Shown here one piece after another: positions 46,740 to 56,495 of a stretch of DNA of 64,000 nt; position 1 is the stretch's first letter; the number at the start of each line of letters is the position of its first letter. Origin of the DNA: Candidatus Methylomirabilota bacterium (GTDB lineage Bacteria; Methylomirabilota; Methylomirabilia; Rokubacteriales; CSP1-6). The notes under the pieces are model-generated. The model searched no databases and was not told the origin of the DNA. It saw only the letters and a list, made by a program, of their open reading frames with translations. Made by a program: the position numbers and the translations under genes. The stretch is from the NCBI GenBank assembly GCA_035605575.1, contig DASTCJ010000040.1:28771-92770 (forward strand), read 5' to 3'.

Positions 46740-48320
46740 ATGAGCGAGGCGTTCACGCCGGAGGAGCGCGCCGCCCTCGAGGCGTACTTCACGAATCTCG
46801 ACGGACCCGTCTTCGCGCTGGTGAACCTTCCCGAGGTGGTCAAGGGCGCGCTGTTCGCGCGCTATTCGCGCTCGCCGAAGTCGCTGCGACGCCTGTATCT
46901 CGACGAGTTCGCTCAGGGCGGCGCGCCCGTCGTGACGGCGGCACCGGGCACCGAGCGTGCCGAGCAGCTCTACGAGCGCGTCTTCCTCGAGTATGGCGAC
47001 GACTCCGTGGCCCAGCTCGGCGGCGTGCACCTGGCCTGCGAGGGCGCCTCCAACATCCTGACCAAGGTTCTCGAGTGGGGCCGGCTCATGGCCTACCTCG
47101 AGCAGTCGACCCGCTACATTCCCTACGACGATCGGCCGGGGGGCCGCTATCGCTATCACGTCCCGGCCGAGCTGACGGGCCCGCTGCGCGATCGCTACGT
47201 CGCCACGCTCGACGCCGCCTTCGACACGTATCGCGCGTGGCTGCCGCGGATGCGCGCGCACTTCGAGCAGCGCTTCCCGCGTGATGCCGCGACGTCCGAG
47301 TCGGTCTGGCGACTCAGCTTGCGCGCCAAGGCGCTCGACACGCTGCGCGGGATGCTTCCGGCCGCGACCGTCTCCAACGTCGGTATCTTCGGCACCGGGC
47401 AGAGCTACGAGCAGCTGCTGCTGCGCATGCGCGCCCATCCGCTGCGCGAGGTTCGCGCGTACGCCGATCTGATGCTGGTCGAGCTCCGGAAAGTCATCCC
47501 GGCGTTTCTCCGCCGCGTCGATCTACCCGAGCGGGGCGGTGCGTGGTCGGCCTATCTGAGCGAGGCACGGGCCGCCATCGAGCGCGTGGCCGAGCAGACG
47601 CTCGGCGACACGCCGGCCGAATCACGCGACGAGGTCACGCTGACGGACTTCGATCCCGAGGGCGAAGTGAAGGTCGTTGCGGCCGCGCTCTACGCCGTGT
47701 CCGCGCTGCCCGACGATCAGCTGCTGGCGCGGGCGCGCCGCATGAGCGCCGGTGAGCGCGCGGCGGTGCTGGCCGCCTACGTCGGAAAGCGAACGAATCG
47801 GCGTCACAAGCCGGGGCGGGCCTTCGAGCGGACGAGCTACCGGTTCGACGTCCTCGCCGACTACGGCGCTTTCCGCGACCTGCAGCGACACCGTCTGCTG
47901 TCGCTCGAGTGGCAGCGGCTGTCGCCGCGCCACGGCTCGGTGATGCCGCAGGCCGTCGCCGACGCCGGCGGTCGCGAGGACTGGGACCGAACGCTCGACG
48001 CCTCGGCCTCGTTGCACGACGCCATCGTCAGGGCTGGGCTGCCGGAGGTGGCGCCGTACGCGGTGGCCATGGCGTTCCGGGTGCGGTTCTATCTGGAGAT
48101 GAACGCACGCGAGGCCATGCACCTGATCGAGCTGCGCAGCGCGCCGCAAGGCCACCCGTCGTATCGGCGCATCGCGCTGACGATGCACCGCTTGATCGAG
48201 CAGCGCGCCGGTCACCGTGCCATCGCCGCCGCCATGACGTTCGCCGATCACTCCGAGGTCGACCTCGAACGTCTCGAAGCCGAGCGCGCCGCCGAGCGCC
48301 GCCGCAACAGCGCCGGTTAG
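46740..48320 (+). CDS. thyX: FAD-dependent thymidylate synthase, long two-domain ThyX form
   Basis: ATG 46740 (MSEAFTPEE) lies within track ORF 46521..48320. 'ARYSRS' and the ThyX signature 'RHRLLS' ('FRDLQRHRLLSLEWQ'). Confidence 0.8.
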   Translation: MSEAFTPEERAALEAYFTNLDGPVFALVNLPEVVKGALFARYSRSPKSLRRLYLDEFAQGGAPVVTAAPGTERAEQLYERVFLEYGDDSVAQLGGVHLACEGASNILTKVLEWGRLMAYLEQSTRYIPYDDRPGGRYRYHVPAELTGPLRDRYVATLDAAFDTYRAWLPRMRAHFEQRFPRDAATSESVWRLSLRAKALDTLRGMLPAATVSNVGIFGTGQSYEQLLLRMRAHPLREVRAYADLMLVELRKVIPAFLRRVDLPERGGAWSAYLSEARAAIERVAEQTLGDTPAESRDEVTLTDFDPEGEVKVVAAALYAVSALPDDQLLARARRMSAGERAAVLAAYVGKRTNRRHKPGRAFERTSYRFDVLADYGAFRDLQRHRLLSLEWQRLSPRHGSVMPQAVADAGGREDWDRTLDASASLHDAIVRAGLPEVAPYAVAMAFRVRFYLEMNAREAMHLIELRSAPQGHPSYRRIALTMHRLIEQRAGHRAIAAAMTFADHSEVDLERLEAERAAERRRNSAG

Positions 48321-48608
48321 GGTTTCGCCTGCCTTCCGATGCGTAGCGGTCAGACCGACGCTCGGCCCGTGCGTTGCCTACATCGTCATCAAACGATAGA
48401 GGCCGACTTGATCGAACGATAGACGTTCGCACTGTCGCCGAAAAAATACGCACCACTCCGGCACGTCTTTCACAACCCCCATGCTGACAGCCACTTACCG
48501 CGTAGCCAACGTCCACATCGTCTGTGGACAGTGGCGGGGATTACGTGGACAAACATCCGCGGGCCGAATCTCCCACTGGCAACCCGCCGCACAAGGTTCT
48601 ACCAATGA

Positions 48609-48851
48609 TCAGTCCCGGATCCACGAGTCGGCGGGTGGGATCTCCGGGCGCGTGCCGGGCTCGAGGCGCCGGAGGGCTTCGACCTCGGCGCGCCGATAGA
48701 GGCGCTGGCGCTTGGTGCCCTCGCGATACGAGCGCAGGACGCCTCTGCTGACGTAGGCGTAGAGCGTCGCGGCCTTGACGCCGAGCAGGCGTGCGGCCTC
48801 GTCCACCGTCAAGAACTCCTCGCCGTCCACGATTCTCGCCACGGCGTCCAC
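48609..48851 (-). CDS. Excisionase/MerR-type helix-turn-helix DNA-binding protein
   Basis: 'FLTVDEAARLLGVKAATLYAYVSRGVL' is a typical HTH_17-type motif. Several candidate GTG/TTG starts lie between 48830 and 48899. Confidence 0.65.
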   Translation of the reverse strand: MDAVARIVDGEEFLTVDEAARLLGVKAATLYAYVSRGVLRSYREGTKRQRLYRRAEVEALRRLEPGTRPEIPPADSWIRD

Positions 48852-48893
48852 GCTAGCAGCGGCCCCCGTCCCGGTCGAGGGGCTTGCATCCCT

Positions 48894-48919
48894 AATCAAG
48901 TTAAATCAATATAAATCAA
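48894..48919. promoter_or_regulatory. Three helically phased AATCAA boxes in a divergent promoter region
   Basis: AATCAA occurs at 48894, 48904 and 48914, an exact 10-bp period. The boxes sit in the only AT-rich patch between the HTH gene and citrate synthase (ATG 48944 after GGGAGGG). Confidence 0.45.
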
Positions 48920-48943
48920 GATTCGTCAACTTGGGAGGGTGCC

Positions 48944-50119
48944 ATGGATACCGCCTTCAAGGCCGGGCTCGAGGACGTCATTGCCGCTCGCTCCGCCATC
49001 TGCGCCATCGACGGCGCCGCGGGCCGGCTGTACTACCGCGGGTACGAGATCGGCGATCTCGCGGGCCCGGTGCCGTTCGAAGACGTGACGTTCCTGCTCT
49101 GGCACGGCGAGCTCCCAATGGCCGCCGAGCGCGCGGCGTTCGACGCGCGGCTCCGCGCGGCGCGCGGGTTGCCGCAGCCGATCTTCGATCTCCTCCGTGC
49201 GCTCCCGCGCGACTGCCATCCGCTCGACGCGCTGCGCACGGCGATCTCGCTCACCGCCGCCCACGATCCCGATGTCCGCGGTGACGACCCGGAGGCGAAC
49301 CTCCGCAAGTCGTTCCGGCTGATGAACCGCATTCCGGAAGTGGTGGCCGCCTGGCATCGCATCCGGACGGGTCGTGAGCCCATTGCCGCGCGCCCCGACG
49401 GCTCGCACGCCTCATACTTCCTCCACCTGCTCGAGGGTCGTGAGCCGACACCGGAGGTCGCGCGCGTGCTCGACGTGGCACTCACGCTGCATGCCGATCA
49501 CGAGTTCAACGCCTCGACGTTCGCGGCGCGCGTGGCGGTGGCCACGCTCGCCGACCTCCACGCCGCGGTCGTGGCCGCGCTGTCGACGCTCAAGGGCCCG
49601 CGTCATGGCGGCGCCAACGAGGACGTGCTGCTGATGCTGAAGGAGATCGACGATCCCACCCGTGCCGAGGCGTTCGTCGAATCGCGCCTGGGCGCCCGTG
49701 AAGGACGCTCGCGTGCGGAGCGGGCGGATCCCAAGGCACGCGTGCCCGGGTTCGGCCACCGGGTTTATCGGGTGGACGATGCGCGCGCCCGTGTGTTGCG
49801 CGGCATGGCCAAACAGATGGCGGAGGCAACGGGCCGGACGCGAATGTTCGCGGTCGCCGAGGGGGTGTACGACGCCATGCGCGCGCGCACCAGCCTGCCG
49901 GTGAACGTGGACTTCTTCTCGGCCGTGGTCTACGACGCGCTCGGCATCCCGGCCGACCTGTGCACGTCGATCTTCGCCACCGGTCGCGTCGCCGGGTGGT
50001 GCGCGCACGCGCTCGAGCAATACGCCGACAATCGCCTGATCCGGCCGCGCGCGGAGTACACCGGTCGCGCGCCGCGCCCGTTGCCGGCCGGCGCCGTGAC
50101 TACTTCGACGCCTTCGTGA
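48944..50119 (+). CDS. Citrate synthase family protein (small, type I-like / 2-methylcitrate synthase-like)
   Basis: 'LYYRGYEIGDL', 'LHADHEFNAST', 'LKGPRHGGANE', 'VPGFGHRVYR'. Confidence 0.9.
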   Translation: MDTAFKAGLEDVIAARSAICAIDGAAGRLYYRGYEIGDLAGPVPFEDVTFLLWHGELPMAAERAAFDARLRAARGLPQPIFDLLRALPRDCHPLDALRTAISLTAAHDPDVRGDDPEANLRKSFRLMNRIPEVVAAWHRIRTGREPIAARPDGSHASYFLHLLEGREPTPEVARVLDVALTLHADHEFNASTFAARVAVATLADLHAAVVAALSTLKGPRHGGANEDVLLMLKEIDDPTRAEAFVESRLGAREGRSRAERADPKARVPGFGHRVYRVDDARARVLRGMAKQMAEATGRTRMFAVAEGVYDAMRARTSLPVNVDFFSAVVYDALGIPADLCTSIFATGRVAGWCAHALEQYADNRLIRPRAEYTGRAPRPLPAGAVTTSTPS

Positions 50120-50627
50120 TCACGCCGCAGGCGACGCGGGCGCCCGAGTTGCCGGTGGGATCGGTCTTGAAATCGTCGGGCGAAGCATGCACCACCATCG
50201 CGGCGCCGTCGGCGTCCAAGAGCGACGACGCGCCGGTGCCCACGCTGATCTGCTCGTTGGCCGTTTCGAGGCGCCCGCTGCCGTCCGCTCCGACGTTGAG
50301 GTTCGGCAGATCACCGGCATGAGAGCCCTGAGGATTGAGGGCGCCGTGCTGCTTGCCGGTCGGGTTGAGGTGCGGGCCGGCGCTGGCGAAGTCCGGCGGG
50401 TCGCACTTTCCGACGGCGTGAACGTGGACCGCGTGCAGCCCGGGCGTGAGTCCCTTGGCATCGAGCACGATGCGGACGACGTTGCCGACCTGGGTGAAGG
50501 TCGCCGTCCCGACGCTGGCGCCGGAGGCGTTGCGCAGCTCGGCCACGGCGGTGTTATCACCGGCGGGCTGCATCCCCGCACAGCCGGCGAGCAGCGATGA
50601 CAGCACCACGATGACGACGCGTCTCAT
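50100..50627 (-). CDS. sodC: Cu/Zn superoxide dismutase lipoprotein
   Basis: Lipobox 'LLAGC'. 'HAVHVHAVGKC', 'GPHLNP', 'HAGDLPNL', 'GARVACGVI'. Confidence 0.9.
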   Translation of the reverse strand: MRRVVIVVLSSLLAGCAGMQPAGDNTAVAELRNASGASVGTATFTQVGNVVRIVLDAKGLTPGLHAVHVHAVGKCDPPDFASAGPHLNPTGKQHGALNPQGSHAGDLPNLNVGADGSGRLETANEQISVGTGASSLLDADGAAMVVHASPDDFKTDPTGNSGARVACGVITKASK

Positions 50628-51820
50628 GCCTGTCCTCCTTCACGGGAGAAGTCCTGGCGGGCGCGCGCCAGCGCCTCCGGCGCCGACAACAGGTCGAGCG
50701 CGGTGAGCGCCAGCGCCTTGGCGCCGGCCACCATGCCCGCGCGCGCCAGCGGGGACCGCGCCCACTGCGCGAACTCGCGCGAGTGCCCGGGTACGCCGTC
50801 CGGTGAGATGCGGATGTATGGATGGATGGTCGGCAACCGCTGGCTCACGTTGCCGCAGTCGGTGGAGCCATAGCCCGCCTGTCCGTCGTCGGGATCTTCC
50901 GGGAAGTCGATGTACGCGAGGTTCTGGCGGAAGAGATCGGCCATCGTCGCGTTGGCCTTCATCGGCTCGTGCACGGTCGGATCGGCGGTGACCTGCACGC
51001 GACAGCCGGTCGCGGTGGCCGCCCCCTCGGCGGCGCCGGTGAAGCGGCGCAGCAGCTCGTGGCAGTAGGGCACCGTCGTCGCGCGCAGGTAGAACTCCGC
51101 GCTCGTGTACTCCGGGATGATGTTGGCCTGCTCCCCACCGCGCGTGATCACGCCGTGGATCCGCGCGTCGGTGCGAATCTGCTGGCGCATAGCATCGAGC
51201 GCGTTGAAGAGCGAGATCACCGCGTTCAGCGCGTTGATGCCGCGCCACGGCCACGACGAGGCGTGCGCGGCCTGGCCGAAGAACTCCGCCTTCACCTTGA
51301 TGATGCCGAGCGTCGGCCGCCACACCTGCGTGCCACAGCGACCGTGGACCATCATCGCGGCGTCCACGCCGTCGAAGACGCCGGCGTCCATCAGCTTGAC
51401 CTTGCCGGCGCCGCCTTCTTCGGCCGGCGTGCCGATCACCTGGACCCGCCCGGCGAACGGCAGCGTTCCGAGCGCGTGCGCGAGCGCGGCGCCCGCTCCC
51501 ACGCCGGCGGTGGCGATCACGTTGTGACCGCAGGCGTGACCGATGCCGGGCAGCGCGTCGTACTCCGCCATGATCGCGATGGTGGGCCCGGCTGCGGCAC
51601 CGCCGATCGTCGCGCGGAAGGCCGTCGGCAGCCCACCGACGCCGCGCTCCACGGTGGCGCCGTGCTTGGCGAGAAACTCCGTGAGCCAGCCATGCGCCTT
51701 CTCTTCCTTGAACGCGAGCTCGGGATTGTCGTGGAGCTGGTGCGACAGACGCTCGAGCTCGTCGGCGAGGGCGTCGACCGCGGCCGCCACCCGCGGCTTC
51801 ACGGCATCCCCGGCGCTCAT
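50624..51820 (-). CDS. M20-family amidohydrolase (AbgB/aminoacylase-like)
   Basis: 'EYDALPGIGHACGHNVIA', 'GTPAEEGGAGK' and 'HASSWPWRGINAL'. Confidence 0.8.
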   Translation of the reverse strand: MSAGDAVKPRVAAAVDALADELERLSHQLHDNPELAFKEEKAHGWLTEFLAKHGATVERGVGGLPTAFRATIGGAAAGPTIAIMAEYDALPGIGHACGHNVIATAGVGAGAALAHALGTLPFAGRVQVIGTPAEEGGAGKVKLMDAGVFDGVDAAMMVHGRCGTQVWRPTLGIIKVKAEFFGQAAHASSWPWRGINALNAVISLFNALDAMRQQIRTDARIHGVITRGGEQANIIPEYTSAEFYLRATTVPYCHELLRRFTGAAEGAATATGCRVQVTADPTVHEPMKANATMADLFRQNLAYIDFPEDPDDGQAGYGSTDCGNVSQRLPTIHPYIRISPDGVPGHSREFAQWARSPLARAGMVAGAKALALTALDLLSAPEALARARQDFSREGGQA

Positions 51821-52989
51821 TTCGATGCCTCGAATTCCCGCCGCGCTTCCTTCACGAGGGCGGGATCGGCAAGCAGGTCACAGGTCGTCATGGCCATGAC
51901 CTTGGCGGCCGTCAGCATCCCGGCGCGCGCGAGCGGTGTGACCGCCGCCTCCGCGAAAGCGCGTGAGTGGATCGGCGTGCCCTCCGGCGCGATCTGGACC
52001 ATCGGCTGGATCGCCGGAATGACCTGACTGACGTTGCCGACGTCCGATGATCCCATCCGCTCGCGGCTCTCCGGTGACTCCACCACGCCGAATGTGCGGG
52101 CGTTGGCGCGGAAGAGCTCGAGCAGGGTGGCGTTGCGCTTCATCGGCTCGTAGGCGTTGTCGCGCTGCTCGGCGACGGTCAACGTGCAGCCGGTGGCCTT
52201 CGCCGCACCTTCCGCGCACGCGATGACGCGCTTCTGAAGCGCCCACATGTAGTCGAGGTCCGCCGCGCGCACGTAAAACGTCGCCGCGGCGAACTCGGGG
52301 ATGATGTTCGGCGCGGCGCCGCCGTCGTTCACGATGCCATGGATGCGCGCCTCGGGCCGGATCTGCTGGCGCAGCATGCTCACGTTGTTGAACGTCTGAA
52401 TAACGGCGTCGAGGGCGTTGACACCTTCCCACGGATCGGCGGACGCATGCGCGGCCTTGCCGGTGAACTCCAGGCGGCATCGCACGATGCCGAGCAGATC
52501 TTGATGCATGATCCACCGGTCGAAGCTGTGGATCATCATGGCCGCGTCGACGCCCTTGAAGATCCCACTGCGGATCAGCTTGATCTTGCCGCCGCCCCCC
52601 TCTTCCGCGGGCGTGCCGACGACTTGCACGCGACCCTTCGGCAACCGATCGCGTACCGCGGCGAGCGCCGCACCCGCGCCCACGCCGGCGCCGGCGATGA
52701 CGTTGTGGCCGCAGGCGTGGCCGATGGCGGGCAGCGCGTCGTACTCGCAGAGAATTGCGATCGTCGGTCCGTCGCCCGTCTGGATCGTGCCGCGGAACGC
52801 CGTGTCCACGCCGCCCACGCCGCGCTCAACCTTGAAGCCCTGGCGCTCGAGAAAGTCCGAGAGCCAGCCGGCGGCTTTCACTTCCTGATAGGCGAGCTCG
52901 GGATGTTCGTGGAGCCGCCGCGAGAGCGACTCGAGCTCGTCGCCCAGACGGTCGACGGCGCCGGCAAGGAGGTCTTTGACACCGCTCAT
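51817..52989 (-). CDS. M20-family amidohydrolase (tandem paralog)
   Basis: Collinear with 50624..51820: 'EYDALPAIGHACGHNVIA', 'GTPAEEGGGGK'. ATGA overlap. Confidence 0.8.
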   Translation of the reverse strand: MSGVKDLLAGAVDRLGDELESLSRRLHEHPELAYQEVKAAGWLSDFLERQGFKVERGVGGVDTAFRGTIQTGDGPTIAILCEYDALPAIGHACGHNVIAGAGVGAGAALAAVRDRLPKGRVQVVGTPAEEGGGGKIKLIRSGIFKGVDAAMMIHSFDRWIMHQDLLGIVRCRLEFTGKAAHASADPWEGVNALDAVIQTFNNVSMLRQQIRPEARIHGIVNDGGAAPNIIPEFAAATFYVRAADLDYMWALQKRVIACAEGAAKATGCTLTVAEQRDNAYEPMKRNATLLELFRANARTFGVVESPESRERMGSSDVGNVSQVIPAIQPMVQIAPEGTPIHSRAFAEAAVTPLARAGMLTAAKVMAMTTCDLLADPALVKEARREFEASK

Positions 52990-53152
52990 GAGGAGTCTCC
53001 TGGTGACGCAGGACTGGGCCGTCCGCGCGGCCGGACGTCACTATACACCAGGAAAATCTTTTCCTATTCCGGCGCGCGTCGAGTGGAGATCGTCCTCGTC
53101 GCGCGCTATGCTCAACCGAACTGTCATGCTCGCCCGTTCCAGCAGCTCGGCC

Positions 53153-56100
53153 ATGCCGCTTCGTCGCCACTTGATCACGCTGGTGGTGGTCGCGGTGGTG
53201 CCGATGCTGCTGTTCGCCTTCGTGATGACGGCGTTGTTCGGCCGGCTCGAGCGTCGGACGACGGAGCGTGGACTGCAGGACGTCGGCCGCGCGCTGACGC
53301 TCGCCGTCGATCGCGAGATCGAGACGTCACTGCGCTCGCTCGAGGCGCTGGCGGCGTCGCCGCAACTCGACACCGGCGACGTCCGCAGCTTCTACGATCA
53401 CGTGCAGCGCGTCGTGCCCTGGCAGCCGCGGTGGCGCGCCGTGCTGCTGGCCGACGCCAAGGGGGCGATCGAGCTCGTCTCCACCCAGCCGCTCGGGTCG
53501 GTGGCACGGCCGGCCATCGGTGATCGCGACTACTTCAAGGAGCTGGTGGCGACGCGAAAGCCGGTCTTCTCGCAGATCATCGCCGATCGATCGCCGCATC
53601 CCAAGCCGACGATCATGATGGTCGTCCCCGTGATTCGTCGCGGCGACCTCCGTTACGTCCTCGGCGCGTCGCTCGACCTCAGCGCGGTCAGCGGCTTCAT
53701 GGCCGAACAGACGTTGCCGGCGGCGTGGACGGCCACCATTCTCGACAAGAACGGCACCGTGCTCGCACGCAGTCGCGAGCCGGAAGCGTGGTTCGGACGG
53801 CCGGCGAGCGCGTGGTTCCGCGGCGCCGGCCGCTCCGCCGGATTCGCGGCGGGCGACGATGGTGGGGTGCCGTCCTATCTCGCGTACGACCAGACGGCCT
53901 TCGCCGGCTGGACCGTCGCGGTGTCGGTTCCGACCGAGGTCGTCGACGCGCCGTTACGGCGCTCGCTGACGATCGCCGTCGCGGGTGGCGTGCTGCTCCT
54001 CGCGCTCGGCGCCGCCGCCGCCGTACGACTCGGTCGCCGCGTGGCGCGGCCCATCGAGCGCCTCGTCAACGCCGCCGAAGCGCTGGGGCACGGCGAAGCG
54101 GTGGCGCCGACGACCTCGCCGATCGCCGAGCTCGCACGGCTGGGAACGGCCATCGAGACGGCCGGGCGGGAGCGGGAGCGCGTCGAGGAAGCGCTGCGTG
54201 CGAGCGAGGCGCAGCTGCGCGCGATCTTCACCTCGACCCTCGACGCCATCGTGGTGGCCGACAACGAGGGACGGTACGTGGACTGCAATCCGGCGGCAGA
54301 GGAGCTGTTCGGCGCGTCGCGCGGCGTGCTCCTCGGACGCCGAGTCCAGGACTTCGCCGCGGCGCCGGCGGCTGCCGACGCGACGTGGCAGGAGTTCCTG
54401 CGCAAGGGCACCGCCACCGGGACGTTTCGCCTGCTGCGGCCCGACGGCGGCGAGCGCGAGGTGGAGTTCGCGGCGACCGCCGACGTCTTGCCGGGCCGCC
54501 ACGTCTCCGTGCTCCGCGACGTGACGGCGCGGCGCGAGGCCGAGGACGATCTACGCCGCCGCGAGCGCGAGTCGACCACGATCGCCACGCTGACCCAACG
54601 GATGAACGCGCGCCTCGACCTCGACGAAATCCTGCTCTCGGTGTGTGAAAGCGCGCGCGAGCTATGCGGCGCCGATGCCGCGACCATCGCCCTGCCCGAG
54701 CCCGGCCGCCCGGAGGCCATGACGCTGCGGCAGCGGGTGGCCCGCGTGAGCGTGCCGCTGCCGACCCAGCGCATCGAGCGCGGCCGCGGCCTCGGCGGAC
54801 GCGTGATCGAGACGGGACGGCCGGTGCGAACGGAGGATTACGCGCACGATCCGGCGATTGCCGACGACTATCACGCGATCGGTGAGCAGCTCGGCACGTG
54901 CGCGGCGCTGGTGGTGCCCATCCACGTCGAAGGCCGCGTCGAAGGTCTGCTCTACGTGGCGAACGGAAGCCGCCGGCCCTTCAGCGATCTCGACGAGGCG
55001 GTCCTGGTCCGGCTGGCCGACCACGTCGCTCTCGCGATTCGCAACGCCCAGTTGCTCGCCCGCGAGCAGGAGGCGCTGGCGGAGTCCGAGGCGGCCAACC
55101 GCTCGAAGGACGAGTTCCTCGCCACCCTGTCGCACGAGCTGCGCACGCCGCTGACGTCGATGCTCGGGTGGGTACGCATGCTGCGCGGCGCGCGGCTCGA
55201 TCCGGAGCAGACGGCGCGCGCGCTCGAGACCATCGAGCGCAACACGCGGCTCCAGGCCAAGCTCATCGACGACCTCCTCGATGTGTCACGGATCGTCGCC
55301 GGCAAGATCAAGGTCGAGCAGCAGCGCGTCGACGTCGCCGCCGTCGTCGGCGAGGCGGTGCACTCGCTGCGGCGCGAGGCGGAGGTGGCCGGCGTGGAGA
55401 TCGACGTCGCGCTCGCCGCCGACGCCGGCATCGTCATTGGCGACGTGCTGCGTCTGCAGCAGGTGGTCGCCAACTTGTTGTCCAACGCCATCAAGTTCAC
55501 GCCCGCCGGCGGTCGCATCCGCGTCGCGCTCGAGCGCATGGACGACGCGACGCTGCGGCTGATCGTGAGCGACACCGGTGCCGGCATCCTCCCCGAGCTG
55601 CTCCCCCGGATCTTCGATCGATTTCTCCAGGGCGACGCGAGCCGGACGCGCGGCCGCGGCGGCCTGGGTCTCGGCCTTGCGATCGTGCGGCATCTCGTGG
55701 AGCTCCACGGCGGCACCATCGCCGCCGCGAGCGACGGTCCCGGGCACGGCGCCACGTTCACCGTCACGCTGCCGGCGGGGGCCGCGGGACAGCACGCCGA
55801 GACACCGCCGTTCACGGGAGCGCAATCGACCAACGGTCGCCCGCTCGATGGACTGCGCGTGCTGGCCGTGGACGACCACGACGACTCGCGCGAGGTCATT
55901 CGTGTCGCCCTCGCCGAGCGAGGCGCCGACACGGTCGTGGTGGGCTCCGTCGACGAGGCGCTGGCCGTGCTGGAGCGCGAGCCGATCGATGTCGTCGTCA
56001 GCGATATCGGCATGCCGCAGCGAGACGGCTACGCGCTGGTCGAGGCGCTGCGGGAGCTCGAGCGCTCGCAGGGCCGGCGGCCGATCCCGGCCATCGCGCT

Positions 56101-56227
56101 CACCGCCTACGCCGGCCGGGACGACCGCGATCGGCTCCTCGCCGCAGGATTTCAGGTCCACGTGGCGAAGCCGATCGATCCGGATGTGCTGGCGGAGACG
56201 GTCGCCCGCGCGCTGCCGCCGAGCTGA
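53153..56227 (+). CDS. Hybrid sensor histidine kinase (Cache-like periplasmic domain, HAMP, PAS, GAF, HisKA, HATPase, REC)
   Basis: H-box 'LSHELRTPLTSMLGW', 'NLLSNAIKFTP', 'DTGAGI', 'GLGLGLAIV'. C-terminal REC 'VLAVDDHDD...VVVSDIGMPQRDG'. Start candidates are 53108, 53126 and 53153, all within track ORF 52976..56227. Confidence 0.85.
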   Translation: MPLRRHLITLVVVAVVPMLLFAFVMTALFGRLERRTTERGLQDVGRALTLAVDREIETSLRSLEALAASPQLDTGDVRSFYDHVQRVVPWQPRWRAVLLADAKGAIELVSTQPLGSVARPAIGDRDYFKELVATRKPVFSQIIADRSPHPKPTIMMVVPVIRRGDLRYVLGASLDLSAVSGFMAEQTLPAAWTATILDKNGTVLARSREPEAWFGRPASAWFRGAGRSAGFAAGDDGGVPSYLAYDQTAFAGWTVAVSVPTEVVDAPLRRSLTIAVAGGVLLLALGAAAAVRLGRRVARPIERLVNAAEALGHGEAVAPTTSPIAELARLGTAIETAGRERERVEEALRASEAQLRAIFTSTLDAIVVADNEGRYVDCNPAAEELFGASRGVLLGRRVQDFAAAPAAADATWQEFLRKGTATGTFRLLRPDGGEREVEFAATADVLPGRHVSVLRDVTARREAEDDLRRRERESTTIATLTQRMNARLDLDEILLSVCESARELCGADAATIALPEPGRPEAMTLRQRVARVSVPLPTQRIERGRGLGGRVIETGRPVRTEDYAHDPAIADDYHAIGEQLGTCAALVVPIHVEGRVEGLLYVANGSRRPFSDLDEAVLVRLADHVALAIRNAQLLAREQEALAESEAANRSKDEFLATLSHELRTPLTSMLGWVRMLRGARLDPEQTARALETIERNTRLQAKLIDDLLDVSRIVAGKIKVEQQRVDVAAVVGEAVHSLRREAEVAGVEIDVALAADAGIVIGDVLRLQQVVANLLSNAIKFTPAGGRIRVALERMDDATLRLIVSDTGAGILPELLPRIFDRFLQGDASRTRGRGGLGLGLAIVRHLVELHGGTIAAASDGPGHGATFTVTLPAGAAGQHAETPPFTGAQSTNGRPLDGLRVLAVDDHDDSREVIRVALAERGADTVVVGSVDEALAVLEREPIDVVVSDIGMPQRDGYALVEALRELERSQGRRPIPAIALTAYAGRDDRDRLLAAGFQVHVAKPIDPDVLAETVARALPPS

Positions 56228-56287
56228 GCGATCGCCCGGCCAGCACAAGATGATAAACTCGCCGGCGCCACCGGGGGCGACTGCGAC

Positions 56288-56361
56288 GCGCCTGTAGCTC
56301 AGTTGGATAGAGCATCAGACTTCGAATCTGAGGGTCGGGGGTTCGATTCCCTCCAGGCGCA
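56288..56361 (+). tRNA. tRNA-Arg (anticodon UCG)
   Basis: 74-nt cloverleaf. Acceptor stem GCGCCTG/CAGGCGC, D arm GCTC-AGTTGGATA-GAGC, anticodon arm TCAGA-CTTCGAA-TCTGA, T arm GGGGG-TTCGATT-CCCTC, discriminator A. CCA is not encoded. Confidence 0.9.
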
Positions 56362-56495
56362 CATCATCAATTACCCCGACGTTCCGCTCTGGTAGTGTCC
56401 GGGGTCATGTGGAAAATCAGATGGCGCATTCTTCCGGTTGATGAAGTGCACGACCAGCCCGCCGCCCTGGCAGGCGGCCACCGGAGGAACGCGCC

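Noticed and set aside
49466-49482. TGGCACTCACGCTGCAT, a near-consensus sigma54 -24/-12 motif.
   Set aside because: It lies deep inside the citrate synthase coding sequence with no downstream gene start, so it is most likely a chance match.
54898-56253. 451-aa alternative-frame ORF within the hybrid kinase gene.
   Set aside because: It is Arg-rich nonsense, while the kinase frame carries H, N, G and REC motifs throughout.
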